DNA of 62,734 nt, the filler included, from Collodictyon triciliatum (Eukaryota): the NCBI GenBank assembly GCA_043381765.1. It is 4 parts of 4 records of this genome, joined end to end, with 100 filler letters (N's around TTAATTAATTAA, not from the genome) between each part and the next. Parts side by side here need not be neighbours in the genome. Positions count along the whole stretch, not along the records: positions 43,081 to 60,721 come from JBHJMP010001115.1; positions 60,822 to 62,734 come from JBHJMP010001287.1; 2 more parts are not named here. One strand, written 5' to 3'. Positions 56,401 to 62,734 of the stretch are shown here, one piece after another. The notes beneath the pieces are model-generated. The model was given only the letters and a program-made list of their open reading frames with translations. It was not told the origin of the DNA and did no database searches. A program made the translations under genes and the position numbers. Numbering within the stretch: the stretch's first letter is position 1; each line of letters opens with the position of its first letter.

Positions 56401-59400
56401 TTCTTACTTATGTGTTTTAACCATTCTCTTTATCATACTTTATCCTCAAGAGGTCTGATATAAGTATAGGATTATATCGTGCATTTTCATAATTGAAATT
56501 CAAGCACCCTAAAAAGATAAAACAAAACAATTAGAAGCAGCAGCCAGCATTCTGATGGACAAAGCGGAATCCGTCGAATCCAACGCATCCGCCACAAATA
56601 TCAGCAGGACTTGCATCACAACAAGTCGATTGAGCGCTTGAAGCAAAAAGTTGGAATGGCCATATTCTTTCTTGTGCTCATTTCCATGGGATTATTCATA
56701 GCTATCGACACGGTATCTGTTCATCAACGAGAAAGTCTCTTTATGGCCTTGTACATCTACCGATGTCATAATACAAGTTGTCGCTTATCAGACATCTTTT
56801 CTTTTTGTCCACATCACGATCTAATCATTTGTCATAAAAAAATTTTGTGGTAGATATCGAAAAGTCAAAGAATCACATCGTATTCAATCGCTTTGTGCGG
56901 AAATGCCCTGTCCTTTCACAATTCGTTGTACATGCTCGTGGACATGATTGATTCAAATAGTAGATGTCAACCAAAGTAATTTCTATGAAATCATATATAT
57001 ATATATATTCTTGCGGTTTCCAAATATCACCGCTAATGTTGTTTGATTTCCATACTCATCTGTCTTTGTCTGATTTACCGACTTAGCTGTCCATGGGACT
57101 TGGCTGCATCAAAGAATCAACTACTCGAGGATGCCACGATGTTGGAGAATAGTTTGATGTCCCTTTACATGACTTACTCTATTGAAAACATTGTAATCAT
57201 TTCGATAACATCATTTAAAAACTATTTGCAAATTTTCTAAATGGATACTGTATCAAGTCTGCTCTTTTGTAATCGCAGTAATCCAACTGATAATGTGGTG
57301 CATTTTATGGTCTTCATACGATTAAGCTACCCCAAATTTATTTATTTTCTAACACCAACGCAAATTTTGATTAGTACACTGGTACGATGGGATATTCTAA
57401 CTATGATGATGTTTTACCTTCATACCAAGCTGGAAATCTAGAGAACCACAACTTTCCAAACAGCGAAATCAAGAATGTAACATTCATTCTGTCATTCTCA
57501 TCCTCGACAAAATCTACCATATTCACCTTTTTCGTTTCGTGATTTGTCAAAACTTCTGCCCTAAATAGTCAATACATCTATCTCGCTTTAATTTAGTTGT
57601 TCACGTCACCAACTTTGTCAATCTCAGAGTTTATCGACAATAGAGTTTGGGTGGGTCTTTCATTTTTATACATTATTCTGTTCGGAGATGAATATGTCAA
57701 TATATTAACTCTTGCTGCACGCTGGTAACCAGACGACTGAAGCACCATTTATCCGAGCCATGAGGTCATATACATATTATGCGAGATATCTTGCCTCAAG
57801 GGACTCGTGGGATGACATTCTTGAAGAAAGGTGATATTTTATTAACCATATGCCCAGGCACTTACTTTCAATCCGAGCGCTGTGGAAGTGATGAAAGGAG
57901 GATAAAGCAAAATAATTTTATTAAAATTGATTTGTTATATCCCATTCATCAACATCATTCCACAAAAGATACAAATATTTCATCCTTCAAAACGGTCCAA
58001 ATGTGTTGGAGCAAAACTGGAAAGATATCTTGGACGGATACTATGATGTTGCTGTGGCAGATGAAAATACGTTTCGTTGGATAAATATTCTGATTGTCGT
58101 CGCTGCAAGTAAACACGACTATGACGGTTTTAAGGAAAAAGACATTTTGACGACAAGACTATACAATTTTTTCTTTTATCTTGAAAATAAAACGAAGGAA
58201 AGCCAAACATAGTATAATTATTGCATAATTCCCCTTTAACTTAATCATATATGTGAACCTTTCGAATATCACAGTTTCGTTCATCTTAATCCTCGGGATG
58301 TTCGTCATTCAACCAAGTTTCCAGCTTGTACATGAGGAACGCTCTCAGGCCTTGAAAATGTTTCTACTAATTCCAAAGTCTGTCGTGAAGACGTTGTCAA
58401 GGTTTGTTATTTTATTTTATTTTATTTTATTTTATTTTATTTTATTTTATTTTATTTTATTTTATTTTATTTTATTTTATTTTATTTTATTTTATTTGAC
58501 TATGCAGCTTTTAGAAAATAGTGCAATAATAATTATATTTATGAATCGATGATGTGATATTTTTTGGACATGAGGACTTCAAATGAGAGTATTATAAAAG
58601 AAAACAGAAGAAAACAAAAACATCATGACTTATTAACGATGAGCGAACATATAACTAAATATCGGTAAAACAGAATCCGCATAACTGTTGAATCGAGTGA
58701 GTCAAACAGCGAAAATTCTGATAATGAGGAAATCGACGATGACAACGGCGATGAAGCAGGGTGTGTTCCAGTAACCAGAAACATTTTGTCTCTTGCCCAT
58801 GTTTTCAAACAAATAAATGGGGAAGCTTCGACGTACATTTAATTGCTCCAAACATTTTTCATGTATATAAACAGGCAGCAGGAAAATGGTAGATCGACGA
58901 AGCATCGAAAGAGCGAATCCATAATGGACGATTCAAAGAAAATTTACTCTATCATGAAAAATAGGAAGATGAAAGATGAAAAGAAGCGAGTCCAGGTGAC
59001 TCTTAAATCTACCCAGATGCAATAAAATGAAACGAGAAATTAATAATGCAATATATAAAAAAATGATATTCATGATAGCAAATACAAATTTTCTTTTAAC
59101 AGATGGACCAGGCTGCCGAAGAAAACAAAGGCGCGAAAAAGACAAAGTTACCCTTCTACAAGTATCTTTCATCCCAACAAAAACCATACATGTTCATTTT
59201 CTGACCAATTTTTAAATAATGCCACAGACGCATCACTACAGCGTCCGTGAAGGAATACTTTATGAAGCTTCGCATTCGCAGACACACGCGTTACTGGGTC
59301 ATTCTCCTTTCCATCATGTCGCTTGGATTTGCCTTTGTCACCATCATCGGAGACAAAGACCTAACTGTATCGCACCACAACACCCGCCAAGTGTATTTTT

Positions 59401-60721
59401 CATCCCGCCTCGTAAACATAGCGCAGGACGTGACGTACAGCTGCATCCGGGTAAATTCATAGTTTAATACCGAAATGAAAGGGCTGAAGAATCATCATGA
59501 AAAATCAATAACCGTCTGTGTGTTGCAATAGCTCGTGGATAAAACAACGCCAGTCTCGAGCATTCAATCGCAGCTGACAAAGGCGCTCTCCTCATACTTT
59601 TCTATCCTCCACTGCATCACACAAGGATGTCCCGACCAAGGAATCGTGCGTTCAGACAACGACCCAAACCACGCAAATCTATTCTATTCAAATAGGTAAT
59701 TCAAATATATAGTCACATGCTCTTGCTTGGATGATTCAACTTTCCCCATTACTTGTTTTATCCCCTTTTTTAGCAAAAGTATGCGTACTATTTCTCAACA
59801 TATGCCACACGTATCACAGATGCTTCTTGCGTGATTCCACAGAATGCCCAGAGGAAGGCTCGATTCTTTACCAGGTAAACGATTGATGATTGATGATTGA
59901 TGATTGATGGTTGATGATTGATGATTGATGGTTGATGGTTGATGGTTGATGATTGATGGTTGATGATTGATGATTGATGATTGATGATTGATGATTGATG
60001 ATTGATGATTGATGATTGATGATTGGTGGTTGATGGTTGATGGTTGATGGTTGATGGTTGATGGTTGATGGTTGATGGTTGATGGTTGATGGTTGATGGT
60101 TGATGGTTGCCTTCATTTGTTTCACCATCAGTTGAGTATGAGCGGGCTCGTCAACGTGGCCAGCGAGATAGGGCTGTCGGCCAGTTCGATTTCGCAGCGT
60201 TCGTCCAACTACACATTCTCTGACACGGACTTCTACATCGTTGTGAATGGAGAGAAAGACCTACTGCGCAAAGGTAAATATACGACTGAAATTTGAAAGA
60301 ATTGTTTCAGCACGAGTGGAGAGAAAGAGCTATATTAATAAAACACATAGCTTATCGTTTGCGCCATTTTCTTGGCTATTCCTCCAGCTTTTGTTTCGCC
60401 CCATTCTATTTAATTTTTTTTCGACTCAATAGGACTCTTCACATGCACGTCCTTGTATGCAGAGGAGGTCAAAACCCACCTGCAATCCATCCAGGTTTTT
60501 TTAAAAGAAAAATGAGTCTGTTATTTGTCATCTACTCCATCCACTCTTTACACTCTTTACACTCTTTACACTCTTTACACTCTTTACACTCTTTACACTC
60601 TTTACACTCTTTACACTCTTTCACACTCTTTCACACTCTTTCACACTCTTTCACACTCTTTCACACTCTTTCACACTCTTTCACACTCTTTCACACTCTT
60701 TCACACTCTTTCACACTCTTT
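47479..60721 (+). CDS. TmcB-like multi-TM, TPR-like, multi-PAS sensor protein, many exons, 3' end lost at gap
   Basis: N-terminal TM region (WVEFFQLLGF.., VECWSTQH.., FDSNPESKHLLSRTHSR, QPYY), helical region (AIRRFWSLLL, YESLIRRHPDAPRLFRSYAEFL), about five PAS-like repeats (52150-55900), then further TM segments separated by acidic linkers. Confidence 0.8.
48875..48953. repeat. (CAACT)n microsatellite, intronic
   Basis: Direct reading. Confidence 0.93.
49832..49974. repeat. (TTTTAC)n/(TTATAC)n microsatellite, intronic
   Basis: Direct reading. Confidence 0.9.
58407..58497. repeat. (TTTTA)n microsatellite, intronic
   Basis: Direct reading. Confidence 0.93.
59881..60109. repeat. (GATGATT/GATGGTT)n 7-mer array, intronic
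   Basis: Direct reading. Confidence 0.93.
60542..60721. repeat. (ACACTCTTT)n/(CACACTCTTT T)n array running into a gap
   Basis: Direct reading. Confidence 0.9.
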
Positions 60722-60821
60722 NNNNNNNNNNNNNNNNNNNNNNNNNNNNNNNNNNNNNNNNNNNNTTAATTAATTAANNNNNNNNNNNNNNNNNNNNNNN
60801 NNNNNNNNNNNNNNNNNNNNN
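60722..60821. other. Artificial assembly spacer (44N-TTAATTAATTAA-44N)
   Basis: Same 100-bp structure as at 19156. Confidence 0.95.
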
Positions 60822-60862
60822 TTTTTTTTTTTTTAAAAAATTTTTTTTTTTAAAAACGCATA

Positions 60863-60893
<31 letters not shown>

Positions 60894-60918
60894 CTTATGA
60901 ATGAATTCTTTTCTAAAG

Positions 60919-61904
<986 letters not shown>

Positions 61905-62052
61905 ACCCGCCACTCAACCCGGCCTTTGATACCCGGAGCAAGATAGTCCGTCTATCCTGACTCTGTGCGGAATCGGGTCTTGGTTGGTGGTGGGTTACCC
62001 CGCGCCCAGATTATGGTTGCTGCTTGTCATGGCTCTGAGAGAGTGAAAGCCC

Positions 62053-62118
62053 ATGCCCTGATGAAGACGGAGGCGAAGAAACACTGCGATAGTGGGTGCC
62101 TCTGTTTGACAAGTGCAT
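62053..62118 (+). promoter_or_regulatory. Eukaryotic SECIS element (type II) in the TXNRD 3' UTR
   Basis: ATGC..A-TGAA core, helix GACGGAGGCG pairing with TGCCTCTGTT, apical AAGAAA plus ministem CACT/AGTG, 3' core TGAC, lower stem ATGC/GCAT. Lies about 150 nt after the TGA. Confidence 0.88.
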
Positions 62119-62634
62119 TTGCATCTCATTCACACACACGGCCGCGCTTCAGAGTACCAAGATAGCCAGGGAATTGGGAAGCCGACGACATAAAGAATAA
62201 AGCCGCAGCACAACCAGAACAAACCAAACAGCACCACCCAGGGCATCCATCCTATATAAGGGATGAGACGAAATCAAAGCATTTGATAATACTTCTAAAT
62301 CTGAAATTCCAATTCAAGCGCATTTCCTCCTTTTTTCCCATTTCAAAATTTTGAAACCCGCACGGCAGTGGTTTTCTGGTGGCCACTCGAGAAGCGGGGC
62401 GAATCATCTGGTGGGAGAGGACAAAGTAATCGGAATCTTGGACAGAGTGGGCCGGAAGTCTGCGTGGCCGCGGAGTGTTTTTGTCCGCCCAAGAGCTATC
62501 TGCGCGCTCACTGGCCCGCATTCTCCAAGGGCGACTATTCCTCGCGGGGAAAGCGAGCCCAACCAGACTGTGTCTCAAAAATCGAGTTGATCTCTTCCAC
62601 GATCTGTGTTGCAACCGCCACAGAATCAACTTTG

Positions 62635-62637
62635 TTT

Positions 62638-62733
<96 letters not shown>

Positions 62734-62734
62734 T
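62635..62734. repeat. (TTTC)n microsatellite
   Basis: Direct reading. Confidence 0.95.

Noticed and set aside
59881..60109. (GATGGTT)n as an interstitial telomere or CRISPR-like array
   Set aside because: Intronic mixed 7-mer microsatellite with no spacers and no GGG telomeric core.
62252..62629. ORFs downstream of the SECIS
   Set aside because: No recognisable motifs or consistent splice structure; likely UTR or promoter of the next gene.

Overview
Intron-rich nuclear DNA from a eukaryote, most likely a flagellated protist; standard genetic code, GT-AG introns, many intronic microsatellites. The window is not contiguous: three identical 100-bp spacers (44 N + TTAATTAATTAA + 44 N) join four pieces (1-19155, 19256-42980, 43081-60721, 60822-62734), and genes are cut at each join. 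Hand splicing supports these genes: a Vip1/BPA1-like RRM protein, a C2orf81/DUF4639-like protein, UDP-glucose 6-dehydrogenase, an ABC1/ADCK kinase, Integrator subunits INTS7-like and INTS2-like (both partial), an intronless GC-rich isochorismatase-family protein, a compact vinculin/alpha-catenin-like protein, a CDC50/LEM3 protein, a 2x(TM+cyclase) class III adenylyl cyclase, a large TmcB-like multi-PAS membrane protein (partial) and the 3' half of a selenocysteine thioredoxin reductase with a SECIS element. There are also two non-LTR retrotransposon remnants. Most notable: the GCUG/SECIS recoding unit, the cyclase with C1/C2 roles inverted relative to mammalian tmACs, FixL-type heme-PAS motifs in the TmcB-like protein, and a Cys-to-Thr change at the isochorismatase nucleophile position. 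All family calls come from motif recognition by eye, with no database search, and exon boundaries are hand-derived.
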